Assembly (NCBI RefSeq): GCF_963921235.1
Contig: NC_086101.1
Span: 14,632,001-14,696,000 of the forward strand
Length of the DNA: 64,000 nt
From: Mobula hypostoma
Lineage: Eukaryota
Reading direction: 5' to 3'
Part shown: piece after piece, positions 37,201 through 50,499 of the stretch
How positions within the stretch are numbered: position 1 is the stretch's first letter
Layout: each line of letters starts with the position of its first letter
The notes under the pieces: generated by a model
Told to the model about the DNA's origin: nothing
Seen by the model: only the letters and a program-made list of their open reading frames with translations
The model's database searches: none
Program-made: the position numbers and the translations under genes

Positions 37201-39455
37201 CCTATTTTTACTCCTAGGTATAGATCCTTCTGCTGCCATGATAATTGCTGAAGTCACCTGACTGTTTAATTCATCTACATTTCCAGAAATATCAATCTTT
37301 GTCAACCCTTCTTCACTCAACTTCTGGAACTTACCCCAATCAGCTTTTTCAAACACCCACATTGGGGTTCCGCCACCTGGTCTTACTTCAACTCTTTCAC
37401 CCACTGAACACAAAACTGGGTAGTGATCACTGCCAACTGTTGAAGCAGTCCAAACTCCCCAGTTACTAATGCCAGCCAAGGTATTAGACACTAACGTAAT
37501 ATCTAACACTGACTCAGTTCCTGTTGTTATATCTACCCTTGTGCCGCTACCATCATTCATACAAACCAAATCCCTTTCTTCCATCAAATCTTCAATTACC
37601 TTTCCATTTGGATCTGTAATCTGATCCCCCCCCCCCCCCGCATATTGTGCTATGAGCATTGAAATCTGCACACCACACTACTTTATGTCTGTTTTGTCCT
37701 TGTATCTTTAATAGGCTGTCCAAATCCAACCTTTTACATGGATTGTAGTAGTTAATTATAACCACTCCCTCCCCTCTCTCCCACACTTCCACCACTATGT
37801 ATTCCTGATCATCTCCTTTTTCCAGTACCCTATATGGTATACCTTGCTTGATTAACATAGCACAACCCCCTCCTCCCCCTAGATTTCTATCTTTCCTTAT
37901 CATTGTATACCCATATACCACAAAGTCTAAAGTTGGTTTTAACCAAGTTTCCTGATTACACACTACATCCGGTTTTACAACCATTTCTTTAGTAAAGTGC
38001 TTGAATTCCTGGCTATTGGCCAGTAAGCTCCTTGCATTCCATTGTAAAAGAATCACCATAATTAGTATTAACCAACACATGACACTTCCTGGCTTGACTG
38101 ATTACTGAGGTTCTCCCTCACTTCCTCCCATGTCAGTCCTACTAACCCTAAATGGTTTACTGCTGCTTTTACCACCAGCTGAATTTTGTCACTTTTTGAC
38201 TTTACCTCAGCCATACTATTAATCACTCCTGCAATGAATGTTACTAGAGCCTTTTTGTCTACATAAATCCTGTCATTTGTTCTTTGTTGCATCTCTCGTA
38301 TCCCTATTGCTCCCTGTTCATTAGGAACATTATTCTGTTCTCCTGACATTCTTACAGCTTCTGCATAAGTGATCTTTCTTTTCACTCTTATTTCTTGAAT
38401 TTTAGTCTCCCGTCTGACAACCTCACACCCACTATATGCAACATTATGAGCTCCTCCACAATTGCAATATTTTGGTTGAACTCCTGTTCCGCACTTTCCA
38501 TATTCATGATCACCCCCACATCTAGCACATCTCCTCTGCCTTTTACAGTTTTTAGCTATGTGTCCAAACCTTTGACAATTATAGCACCTCAATGGCTTTG
38601 GCACATACACCCTTACTGGGTAACTCATGAAACCCAGGAACACCTTCCTTGGCACTCTTTCTCTTCAAATTCAATCAATACTGATTCACTTTGCTTTTTC
38701 ACTCCTTCCTTTGTTGTTTTCAGTCTTTGAACATTCATTACTTTCCCTCCTTTGATATTCCTCTTTATCTCCTCCATATTTATACTCATTAGTATCCCTG
38801 TGATCACTCCTTTACAACCACTGTTTTGTGCTCCCACCCTCCCAGTGTATTCCAACTTGCATTTTCCTATCTCTTTTAGCTTGAGTGCTTTCTCAAGTTG
38901 TTCCTCATTCGCACATCTTACCAATAAGTTGCCATCATTAAGGACTTTTGCAAATACTATTTCCCCTACCTTATTTGTCAGAGTTGTTGTTAGCACAAAC
39001 GGGTTAATTTTCTTCATATGTCCCTGAGCCTTCTCATTAAACCTAATAATGACAACACCTCCTCTCTGAGCTTGTTCATCTTCCTCACTTTCAGAGCTTT
39101 CTCCACTATCATTTCTTATTCTTTTATTCCCTTTGTCTTGGTTTTTATTCATCCGACCCCTCACTACCTCCTCATTCCCTTTATTTCTCCCTTCACAATA
39201 ATTCACCGCTCCCCAGCTGCCTACCTCTGGTCCCAAGTCTCTATCCCTCTCCTTCTCCACTTTCTTTCCCTCAACCCCACCTCTTATCTTGTCCGCCGTT
39301 ACCGGACCCACACGACCCCCTCCCAGCAATTTCCGTTCCTTCCCCACTCTCTTTCCCTCAACAGGTTCCAAACCACATTCACGCATCAAGCAAAACACAG
39401 CCAGCATCCAGTCGAGCCAATTCAGCCGGCCTCCTCCTCCCCCTTCTCACTCCCC
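34100..39455 (-). mobile_element. Near-full-length I-superfamily (Nimb/I-like) non-LTR retrotransposon: ORF1 gag with CCHC knuckles; ORF2 APE, RT, RNase H, C-terminal Cys/His motif
   Basis: ORF1 38625-39407 + 38068-38655 (CYNCQRFGHIAKNC, CARCGGDH, CNCGGAH); APE 37592-38080 (ILLQWNARSL, QETWL) and 36640-37671 (GSDHYP); RT 35924-36667 (QSGFRKGR, FFDIEKAYD, GTPQGSVISP, FADD); RNase H in 34292-35845 (IYTDG, ICSDS, WVPAHVG). Confidence 0.92.
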
Positions 39456-39519
39456 TGAGACGGGGGGGGGGGGGGGGTGGACAGAGAGAGAGAGAAAGGA
39501 GCGCAAAAAGAGGGCAAAA

Positions 39520-40350
39520 ATGGTGAGGGTGTGTTCGTGGGTTAGTTCACAGTCGGTTTTGAAATCTGATGGCTGAAGAAAGGAAGCTGTTGCTAAGCTG
39601 TTCTGAAAACACGGACTGCGTTTCAGGCCTTGTACCTCTAATGGTAATAATAAGAACAAGGCGTGTCCTGGTTGCCAGGCGTCTTTAATGATGGGTGCCA
39701 CTTTGGCATAGCCTTTTGAAAATGTCCTCAATGGTGGGAAGGTTAGTCCATGACGGAGTTGTCTGATCGTACAACCTTCTGTAGATGTTTCCGATGGTAT
39801 GCAGAAAAATAACAAGCGGCGATGCAACCAGTTATAATACTCTCCAAAGTACATCTGTAGAAATTTGGAGAGCGTTCGGTGACATAACAAATTTCATTAA
39901 ACTCCCACTGAAATATAGCCTTAGGCATGCACTCGTAGTAATGTTATTAATATGTTGGGTCCACATGTGTAGATCTTCAGAAATGTTCGCACCGAGGAAT
40001 TTGAAACTACTCGACCTTCCCGCTGCTGACGCCTCGATATGCACTAATTTTTATTCCCTCGACTTTTCCTTCTCGAAGTCAGTCCACAATTGTTCTTAGT
40101 CTTGACGTTAAGTGCAAGGTTGTTGTTGTGACAGCAGTGAATCAGCCGATGTACCTCACTTCTGTTCACCTCTTCGTCGCTGTCAAAGATTCCGCCAAAG
40201 GCTGCGTCATCGGCGAATTTATAGATGGTGTTTGCGCTGTGTCGAGTTACACGGTCATGAGTGCAGAGAGAATAGAGGAGGGGGCTACATACGCATCGTT
40301 GAGGTATTGATCTGTTAGCAAGAAGGAGATGTTGCTTCTGTTTCGTATTA
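39520..40350 (-). mobile_element. Rex1/Babar-like LINE fragment, degenerate
   Basis: ORFs 40044-40418 (SPLLYSLCTHD, KFADD, LALNVKTK) and 39832-40044 (SFKFLGANISEDL). Confidence 0.8.
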
Positions 40351-41571
40351 ACTGTAAATTCCCGATTAGGAAGTTGAGGACCAGTTGCAGGGGGAGGTAC
40401 CGAGGCCTTGAAGCTCATTGATTAATACTGAAGAGATGATGCTTACTTCAGAAATGACCCACTGAAGTAGTTGCAGCGTTTCAACGACCGTCCCGAATTC
40501 TCTGAGAGGTGGTCATTGACGCCATTCTTGTCATAGAATGTAGGTAGAGAACTTCTTATACCGAGACTGAAAACCCGCCCAGATGACGTAGCTACTCACT
40601 ATACTTCTAATTCGGAGTGCTGCATAACAGGGTTGTTTCTTCTACGTTGGAGAAACCAGATACATTTGAGTGACATGATGGCAAAGCACCTCCGTATAGT
40701 TCACCGAGCGACCCTAAGCTTTTTGTTGTCTGACATAATAATTCTCCACCCACTGCCACTCTGGGCTCTCTTCTTTTGGCCACTGATACTATCCAATAAA
40801 GTTTCTTGAGTGAGTTCCGCACCTTCTGTCTGGGTTCATTGCACTATTCAGGACTGAAAAGAAAATTCAGTAATTCCGTCAAAAGGAATTCCGTCTGCAT
40901 TTGAAGCGCAGCTTTTGATGAAAATTGATCTGTTGTAAGATTAACTTTGCTTTCCCCTCCCCTCCCCTCCCTCCCTGATGCTCTCTGAACCTTTATGCGC
41001 GCGCGTGTGTGGGTACGTGTTTTACAGAGATCTCCTTTGTTTTAGGTTAACAAGGGTGCAATTTTATTTCCTAGTGTTTTATTTTTATTCTCTTCTACTT
41101 ATACTTGTCGCCTACTTTCGTTGCCTCTGCCTAAACCAATTTTAGCTAAATTGGCTGTCCTGATGAAGGGTCTCAGCTCAAAACGTCGACTATTTACTCC
41201 TCTCCATAGATGCTGCCTGACCTGCTGAGTTCCTCCAGCATTTTGTATTTGTAGCTCTGCGTATTATTCTCTACTTTGGAATTCTCTGTACCGGGGGTGT
41301 GTGGATGCTTCACTGATATGTTAGCTGGCACATCCACTATAGGTGTATTCCTATCCCACGTGTTCTCCATCATGCCAAAGTGATAATTTTTTAATCACTT
41401 TCGGCTTCTTTGCAAAGTTATGTTTCAGTTTTTAACTGTTGCGATTCTCTCAAGAGGGAATGTACTCTCCTCAGCTACTTTTTGACTCGTTGAGCATTTT
41501 CGATGAGAATGACATCGATTATTCTGCATTCTGAACTGCAGATCCAGTTCCTCAGTTGCTGATAACATTTA

Positions 41572-41858
41572 GAGAGGGAGGGGGGAGAAAGNNNNNNNNN
41601 NNNNNNNNNNNNNNNNNNNNNNNNNNNNNNNNNNNNNNNNNNNNNNNNNNNNNNNNNNNNNNNNNNNNNNNNNNNNNNNNNNNNNNNNNNNNNNNNNNNN
41701 NNNNNNNNNNNNNNNNNNNNNNNNNNNNNNNNNNNNNNNNNAGAGAGTGTGTGTGTAGAGAGAGAGACCGAGAGACCGAGAGACAGAGAGACAGGGAGAC
41801 AGAGAGACAGAGAGACAGAGAGACAGAGAGACAGAGAGACAGAGAGACAGAGAGACAG
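41572..41858. repeat. GA/GACA-rich microsatellite spanning an assembly gap (N 41592-41741)
   Basis: (agagacag)n tract flanking 150 N. Confidence 0.9.
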
Positions 41859-42579
41859 ATTATTTAGATAACGTCTACCCGAAACCTTTCATGTTTTCAC
41901 ACAGGTGTCGATGAGCCGCTGGACATTTTCCAACATTTTTCTGTTTTATTTTACAGCTCTTTAAAATCACAGATGGTTTATCTCACCAAAGGCTTGGGAA
42001 ACGAGAAGTGTGCTTTGTGCTGTAACCAACGGTTATGCGCAACATGCACATTACTATATAAGGAAACCGGAAGTGCTATAAGTAAAACTAAGATTAGGTT
42101 GTGTGCATAACGTCTGTGCTTTGTGGTACAAAGCTTGGGCTTAAGAAACCACGGAAGGATTTAGATTCGGCAGCGATTTTGAGAACGGTAAGTGCTCCTT
42201 CACCGAGTATTGGGGAAATCTAATGGCGTTAGGCAGGGTCTTAAGAGATCGTTTGTCGTTGAACCGGGCTTTGAAGGGGGTGAATGTCTCTGAGCCTGGT
42301 GTCCGTGACTCTGACCTTACTTGAAGCGGGCTCTGAGGACTTTGGGGCGGATAAATTTCCCGATCCAAATTTTGGGAAAGAGTTCCAAACCTGGGATTCG
42401 GGAAGAGTGGGTTTCCAGCTTCTGGAGAGTCCTTGGGTCAGATTTTAGATTCAGTGGCTCTGAGCCTGGCAGTTAGTAGGGCGAGTGTGTCTGGCCGGGC
42501 TTCGGTGAAGCTGCGTGGGGCTTGAGCGGTGGCTTGGGGAAGACACAAGAGAGGGCAGATGCTGCATTCTGAATAAAAA

Positions 42580-43200
42580 CAAACTGCTGGAAGTACTCAG
42601 CGGGTCGAGCAACCTCTGTACGGGGGCGGGGGGGGGGGGGCGGGTGAAGTGGAGGGTCGATCCTGTATCGGGACTGGCCAAGGTGAAGTAAGAGCCGGAA
42701 TAAAGAGAGGAGGGAGCGCGGTAAAGACATGATATAGCAGTTGATAGGCAAGGAGACGCGAAGGATAAGGGGCAGATAGAGCCAATTTTCAAAGGAGTAA
42801 TATAGATGGGAGACAGAGGCAGGTGAGTGATGGGTGGAAACAGGCAAAGGGATGAGATTGCCCCTCCCCCGAGGGGAGGGTGAAAGCGGAGGCAGCTGCT
42901 GGAAGGTGATTGGCTGGAACACAATGGCTACCAGTGCTTGGGGTTAATGTAAGCAAAGCGACAGCGTGAACCATTGATGGTGGGATGGGCAGTTAGAGGC
43001 AGATGGAATGATATGGAGGAGGGACTCCGGCTCATGAAGCATGTGGTTAATATGTGGTATTAACCAGGATGGCGAAGGGGGCAAAAATGAGCCGACTCAT
43101 ATATCTCTGCCACCGGATTCCCTTCTCATATATCTTCAACCGCTCCCTTAATGGTTCCCAGCATGGCCGTAATTATTAGATTCCAGCACTGCTCGGAATC
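42580..43200 (-). mobile_element. Penelope-type tail fragment, degenerate
   Basis: aaaacaaactgctggaagtactcagcgggtcgagcaacctctg followed by a purine-rich tract, similar to the reverse complement of the tail at 30400-30730. Confidence 0.6.
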
Positions 43201-43869
43201 GTTTTCCCGCTCATCGCCCCCCCCACCCCACCCCATCCCCTGGCACCGGTCTCCACTTTCAACATTCTTCCCCCACACGCCCTCGTCTGCCTTTATTATT
43301 TCCCCCTTTGTCAACTTGCATCTATCATCTATCTGCTAGTACAGTATTTCTCATTTCCAGCAATGTCCCTGCCCAGATCGTTAGATCTGCCCCTGATCTT
43401 TCATCCCTCTTTGGTCCCTATCACATTCTGGCCCCTGTCTCACTACTTCCCCTTTCCTAGTTATACTGGCTATTTTACCACTCCAGTCTCAGTCCTATGG
43501 TGAGCTTTCGATCCAAAACGTCAGAAATCCTCTCTTCCAGGTGGCTGTTACTCGACCCGCCGACTTCCACCAGCAGATGGCTTTTTGTTTGAGCTTCCGG
43601 GAGGATGACTATTCCTGAGCCGAGCTGAAGGTTGCTGTTTCCTTCCGCAACGCAGCCCATTACCCTGCCCCTGTCTAAATCAGTCCCATCCTTTGTACCA
43701 ATTCGCCTTCAGTGGTCTACAGTTCAATGAGTAATGACGACATATGTTCACTGTTCGTTCGCCTCACTGAGTGAAGGAAAATGAAATTCAGTGTAATTCT
43801 TCAGTGGCCCTGCAGCCTGGCTGTTTTTAGAGCGCGGCTTTGCCGCTGAAATTCCTGTAAAACTGGCCC

Positions 43870-46800
43870 ATGAAGCACATCGATGTCTTTACCTAGAGTG
43901 GACATGGAGAGGATGTGGTCTGTTCTGGGTGAGTCTCGGACCAGATGGCACAGCCTCATAATAAAAGGACATCCTTTTAGAACAGAGATGACGGGGACTT
44001 TCCTAGGGACTGTAAAACGATAAGATATAGGAGCAGAATTAAGCCATTTGGCCCATCGAAACTACTCTGCCACTTCATCATAACTGATCCATTCCCATCT
44101 GAGCCCAATCTCCTACCTTTTCCCCATATCCCTTTACTCCCTGATTTATCAAGAATCTATCAACCTCTGCCTTAAACATACCCAAGGACTTCAAAGGTTC
44201 AAAGGTTATTTATTACCAAAATATACAACTTTGAAATTCTTCTACTCCAAATAGCCAGGAAAACAAGAAAGAGAAGTAAAGCAGTACGCTCATTAACCCC
44301 CAAAGTACTCCTCACAGCACTGAAAAATCAAACAAAAATGGAATAAGTACATCGACCCTCAAATACCCCAACCCACGACACAAAAATCAAGAAAGAAAAC
44401 ACATAACTGAAAAACACTTAAGTCTGAAATATAAAAGTCTGTAGTCCATGTCCATATCCAAAATGCAGAAAACCTGGGTAACATTCTTCGTGCACCTGAT
44501 CTCCACAGCCGCATGTGGTAACGAGTCCCATGCATTCACTACTCTTTGGATACAGAAATTCCTCCTCATCTCCGTTCTAATTGGACGGCCCTCCACCTGT
44601 CTTCGTATCATCCGCAAACTTGGCCGCAAAGCCACAAATTTCAGCATCCAAGCATTGAAGTATAACATAAAAAGAAGCGGCCGCAGCACAAACTGCTGTG
44701 AAACACCACTACTCACAAGTAGCCAAGTGAAAAAAGGCGCCTGTTGTTCCCAGTCGTTGCTTCCTGTCAATCAACCAATCCTCTGTCCATCCTAGTATCT
44801 TCCCTGTAATAGCATTGGCTCCTTTTCCCATAAGGAAGCCAGAGGCTATGGACCATTCAATCGTGTGCCTCTAAGTCGCCCGAAACCACATCCTTAGCAA
44901 TCGACTCCAACATCTTCACAGCACTGAAGTCCCACTAATGGGCCTGTAATTTGTTCTCCCTTCTTGAAGAGTGTAGTCACATCTGCAATTTTCCAGACCT
45001 CCGAAACAGTGCTAGAATCCACTGAGTTTTGAAGGAACATTACGAATGCCTCCACAATCTCTTCAGTCACCTCTTTCAGAACCCTGCAGTGTGGACTGTC
45101 CAGACCAGGTGACCGCTCTGCCTGCACACCTTCCACTTCCCTAAAGCATCACACAATTCTTCCGTTAACAGTCTCGAACAACTGCATACTGCTAGTGTCT
45201 TCCACAGTGACGAATGATGCAAAATACGTAGTCAGTTCGTCCGCCATTTCGTTGCCACCATTACTACCTCTCTAGCATCTTTTCCAGCAGTTCGATATCA
45301 ACTCTCGCTTTCTTTTACGTTGCATACAGTATATGAAGAAACATTTTTCTCTCTTTAATACGATTGGCTGACCTACCTCTGGTGTTCTATCTTCCCATTC
45401 TTTATGACGTTTTAATCGCCTTCTGTTGATATTTAAAATGTTCCCAATCCTCTAACTTCTCGCGAGAGTGTAGTGTTTAGCACTAAACTTTACAGTGCAG
45501 ACAACTCGGGTTTATTTCCCGCCGTTGTCCTGTCTGCCGATTGTACGTACACTCCGTGGCTGTGTGGGTTTGCACCGGATGCTCCAGTACCCTCGCACAG
45601 TCCAAAGACGTAGCCGTGGGCAGTTTACTTAGTCTTTGGAAATTGCCCCGTGATTAGACTCCGATTAAATCGCGGGAATTGCTGGGTTGGAAGGGCCAGT
45701 TTGGCGCTGTATCTCAATAAATAAATTTTGCTCTGGTATAGGCCCTCCTTTTGGATTTTATGTTGGCTTTCACTTTTCTTGTCCGCGTCATCCTGCCTTG
45801 AGAATGCTTCTTCTTAGACCAGAAGATATCGGTACAGCATTAGGCCTTTTGCCCCTCGAGTCTGCTCCGCCGTTCAATCATGATGATCCTTATTTTTCCC
45901 CGTCTCAGGACTACTCTCCGGCATTCTCCATGAAACCTTTGATGCCGTGGCCAATCAAGAACCTAGCAATCTCCGCGTTAAATACACCCAAAGAGCTTGC
46001 CCCCACAGCTGCCTGTGGTAACAAATTCCACAAATTCTCCACCCTCTGGCTAAAGCAGTTGCTCCGTGTATCCATTTTAAATGGATGCCCATCCATTCTG
46101 AGGCTGTGCCCTCTTGTCCTAGACTACCCCGCAATGCGATACATCCTTTCGAATCTACTCTTTCTATTACCTTCGAAAGATTTCAATGAGATCCCCTCTC
46201 ATCCTTCTAAATTCCAATGATTACGGTGTCAGAGCCATCAAACGTTCCTCTATGATCAGTCTTCCTTCCCGCAATTATCCTTGTGAACGTCCTGTGAATC
46301 CTCTCCAATGCTAGTACATCTTTTCATAGAACATAGAATAGTACAGCACAGTACAGGCCCTTCAGCCCACAATGTTGTGCCGACCATCAAACCCTGCCTC
46401 CCATATAAGCCCCCACCTTAAATTCCTCCATATACCTGTCTAGTAGTCTCTTGAACTTCACTAGTGTATCTGCCTCCACCACTGACTCAGGCAGTGCATT
46501 CTACGCACCAACCACTCTCTGAGTAAAAAACCGTCCTCTAATATCCCCCATGAACTTCCCACCCTTTACCTTAAAGCCATGCCCTCTTGTGTACAGCAGT
46601 GGTCCCCTGAGGAAGAGGCGCTGGCTTTCCACTCTATCTAATCCTCTTATTATCTTGTACACCTCTATCATGTCTCCTCTCATCCTCCTTCTCTCTAAAG
46701 AGTAAAGCCCTAGCTTCCTTAATCTCTGATCATAATGCATACTTTCTAAACCAGGCAGCATCCTGGTAAATCTCCTCTGTACCTTTTCCAATGCTTCCAC

Positions 46801-47600
46801 ATCCTTCCTATAGTGAGGTGACCAGAACTGGACACAGTACTCCAAGTGTGGCCTAACCAGAGTTTTATAGAGCTGCATCATTACATTCGTAGATGAGGAG
46901 CCCAAAATTGTTCACAATACTCAAGGTGATATCTCACCAGTGCCTTACAAAGCCTCAGCATCACATCACTTTTTTTTAATATTCTAGACCTCTTGAAATG
47001 AATGCTAACTTTGCATTTGCCTTCCTCAACAGCGAATCTACCTGCAAGTTATCTTTCAGGGTGTTTTGCACAAGGACTCCACAGTCTCCTTGCATCTCAG
47101 ATTCTTAGTTTTTCTCCCTGTTTAGAAAACAGTCTGCACATTTACTTCTACTCCCAAAGTGCATGGTCATCCATATTCCAACACCGTATTTCCTTTTCCA
47201 CTTTCTTGCCCAGTTTTCTAATCTGTCTAAGTCCTTCTGAAGCCTTCCTGTTTCCTCAATACTGCCTATCCCTCCACAAGTCTTCGTATCATCTCTAAAT
47301 GGCAACAAGGCCATCTAGTCCATCATCTGACTCATTGATATACAGCATAAAAAGCAGCGATGACAACACTGACCCCTTCCGAACACCACTATTCACTGGC
47401 AGCCAACCAGAAAGGATCATTTTATTCCTACTCGCTGCCTCCAATCAATGGGTTCATAACTTGGTAAGCAGTTTCATGTGTGGCACCTTGTGAACGGTCT
47501 TTTGAAAATCCAAATATACAATATCCACTACATTCCCTTTATCTATCCTAACTGCAATTTCCTCAAACAATTCCAATAGGTTCATCATACAGTATTTTCC
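43870..47600 (-). mobile_element. Cluster of CR1 fragments (mostly minus strand) with an interspersed plus-strand SINE at ~45460-45720
   Basis: ORFs 44894-45136 (SPGLD...RVLKEV), 45911-46096, 46501-46905 (LYKTLVRPHLEYCVQFWSPH) and 47105-47314. Confidence 0.8.
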
Positions 47601-49869
47601 CTTTAGTATGTGGGTGTGTTTCTAAAAATGTCAAGGCAGAAGGAAAGTAAAAGTGTTGTAACTTCAACACCTTAACGGCAATTAGAATGCAACTTAAGGA
47701 TCTCAAAATAGCAGAAAACAAAATCTTGGTGACTCTTCAAATCTTATTTTCTATGGTCACAATTTGACGAAGTTTAAGTATCAATTTGACTTTGGCCTAA
47801 CCTCCATGACTGCTTCTTGAGAAGCGAAAACAGCCAAGGAAAAATCATGTTCAGAAGTAAAAATATTCGTTATTTCATAACCATAGATTCGTATAAATTT
47901 AACTTTCTTTCTAGCATTGCTGATTAACTGTCTCGACGTGGTGATGTGGCGCTAACGCTGGAACCGGGGGATCTGTTTCGATGCTTCCAGTCTGGAGCTT
48001 GCCCACGTGGCATCGTTATTTGTCCCCGTGCGTTCCCATGCCCTGATTGTTAATTGGTTAGTATAATTTCGGTTTATTGTACTCGGGTTGAGAGCGATTG
48101 GGGATGTTGTAATGGGTGAAGTTGATGGGTATGTAGCAGAGAAGAAAATACAAAGTTGATCGCATGTCAGAACACCTCTACTTCGTTCATAAGAGCGACA
48201 ATGAGCATTCTGTTGGCTGGAGGGGTGGGGTGGGGATTACTCTGATAGCTAGGTGAGATACTATGGCCTGAATGGAATCTGAACTCCCACACCACCACAT
48301 TCACGAACAGATAGTATCCTTTAACCATCAGGCTTTTAAACTAGCGAGAGTAACTTCACTCGCCTCAATTCTGAAATGATTCTACAAGCCATGGACTCAC
48401 TTTCAAGAACGATAACATGTTCTCGGTATTATTTATTTACTTATTTATTTCTGATTTTGTTTTTGTATTTGCATAGTTCGGTTTCTTTTCTATATTAGCT
48501 GCACATCCGACATTAATTTTCAGCATTCTGGCATCTGCCCCCTTCCTTTACAGTCTTGATAAACGGTCTCGACCTGAGATAGCGACAACTTGTTCCCCTC
48601 CAAGAATGCTGTCTGAGTCCCTCCAGCATCTTGTGCGCCTTTCTCTGGATTTCCATGTAGAATCTATGGACCAGAGTGCACTCGCAGTTTCGGGTCGAGA
48701 CCCTTTAATCAGTCCTGATGAAGTGTAGTCTTTTCCATAGATGCTGCCTTGGCTGCTGAGTTCTCAGCATTTTGTGTCTGTTGCTTGGATTTGCAGTATC
48801 TGCAGATTTTCCCCTGTTTGTGATCTGCAGAAATCCCTGTGTTTCTAAGAGTTGCTTAATAGTAAGGTCTATACCAAAAGTTTCAAGAGTAGCTTAAGAG
48901 TAAGGTCTATACCAAAAGCTCCCGGCAGTATTTTTAAAACATTGTCTGAACATTGCCTATACAAAAAGGGAAATAGATACCAAACTTCAGTTGCTAAATG
49001 ATGATAGTTAAATTGTCCCAAGGGCTCAAACTTCTTTAAGTTTTGCTGATGAAACAAAAAAATGTAGAAATGAGTTGCGATATTTAAAATTCGGAAGCTA
49101 TTTTTTTTTTCATTATTACCATCAAAGGAAGAACATCTTCTGTCCTAGATCAGGTACGACAAGACGAACCTCCTGCTACTTCGTTAAATGACATCGAATA
49201 GCATTAAGTTCATTGTGACTTGCTTTTGTCCGCTGTGTAAAATGCAGTACGTGATTCTATTCATCTTTGATCAGGTACAATTCAGACAGGTGCACGATAT
49301 TTTAATCAGATTACTTATGTTTTAACATTCAGTATTTATCCGTTAAGTCTAACCCACAACTGCAAGATCAAGCACAACCATCTGCAAAATCAGACAAGGA
49401 ACACCACGCTTCAGGTCAAAGACATTCAGAAAAACTGGGAACAAAGAGGAAATCTGCTAGCTTTAAGTTGCAGAGAATGCACGGAAGGATTCGGTAGGAT
49501 AAAGGGAATATTTTTTCTAAGAGGGTAGCTGCAGCGACAAGTTATTAATGAAACCATTTTCTGGAGATGAAACAAGGAAACTGACGTAAAAGTTGCAAAA
49601 TGCAGCTCAGAGCTGTAGGACATGCCAATCAGATTAGGCAGTGTTGGTGGGGGGAAAGCTTCAGTAAATAAAATAAAAACGAAAGCCATTTGTATGAAAT
49701 TACTGAAGATGACACTCAGTCCCGAAGACGACTATTTCTTTGGTGAAAGATTTTCTTTGGGCATTCTTTTCTATTTCAGACTTCCGGCATAAGGACTTCA
49801 GACTGTATTTCTATTTTTTTTTACAATATTTACAATATTTATGTTCATTTGCATCTCTTTTTTCTATAG

Positions 49870-49926
49870 GCATCCGCCGAACTATGACGTGGTATGAGTT
49901 CGTATGTTTATTGCTGTTGTTCTCTG
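49870..49926 (+). CDS. Leader exon of NCR3/NKp30-like gene 2; ATG at 49884, MTWYEFVCLLLLFS plus a phase-1 base
   Basis: Acceptor tttttctatag (AG 49868-49869), 14 codons, donor G|gtaag at 49927; 57 nt like the gene 1 leader exon. Confidence 0.75.
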
Positions 49927-49931
49927 GTAAG

Positions 49932-50499
49932 NNNNNNNNNNNNNNNNNNNNNNNNNNNNNNNNNNNNNNNNNNNNNNNNNNNNNNNNNNNNNNNNNNNNN
50001 NNNNNNNNNNNNNNNNNNNNNNNNNNNNNNNNNNNNNNNNNNNNNNNNNNNNNNNNNNNNNNNNNNNNNNNNNNNNNNNNNNNNNNNNNNNNNNNNNNNN
50101 NNNNNNNNNNNNNNNNNNNNNNNNNNNNNNNNNNNNNNNNNNNNNNNNNNNNNNNNNNNNNNNNNNNNNNNNNNNNNNNNNNNNNNNNNNNNNNNNNNNN
50201 NNNNNNNNNNNNNNNNNNNNNNNNNNNNNNNNNNNNNNNNNNNNNNNNNNNNNNNNNNNNNNNNNNNNNNNNNNNNNNNNNNNNNNNNNNNNNNNNNNNN
50301 NNNNNNNNNNNNNNNNNNNNNNNNNNNNNNNNNNNNNNNNNNNNNNNNNNNNNNNNNNNNNNNNNNNNNNNNNNNNNNNNNNNNNNNNNNNNNNNNNNNN
50401 NNNNNNNNNNNNNNNNNNNNNNNNNNNNNNNNNNNNNNNNNNNNNNNNNNNNNNNNNNNNNNNNNNNNNNNNNNNNNNNNNNNNNNNNNNNNNNNNNNN
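49932..50499. other. Assembly gap in the predicted leader-V intron of gene 2
   Basis: 568 N starting 5 nt after the leader donor site. Confidence 1.
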
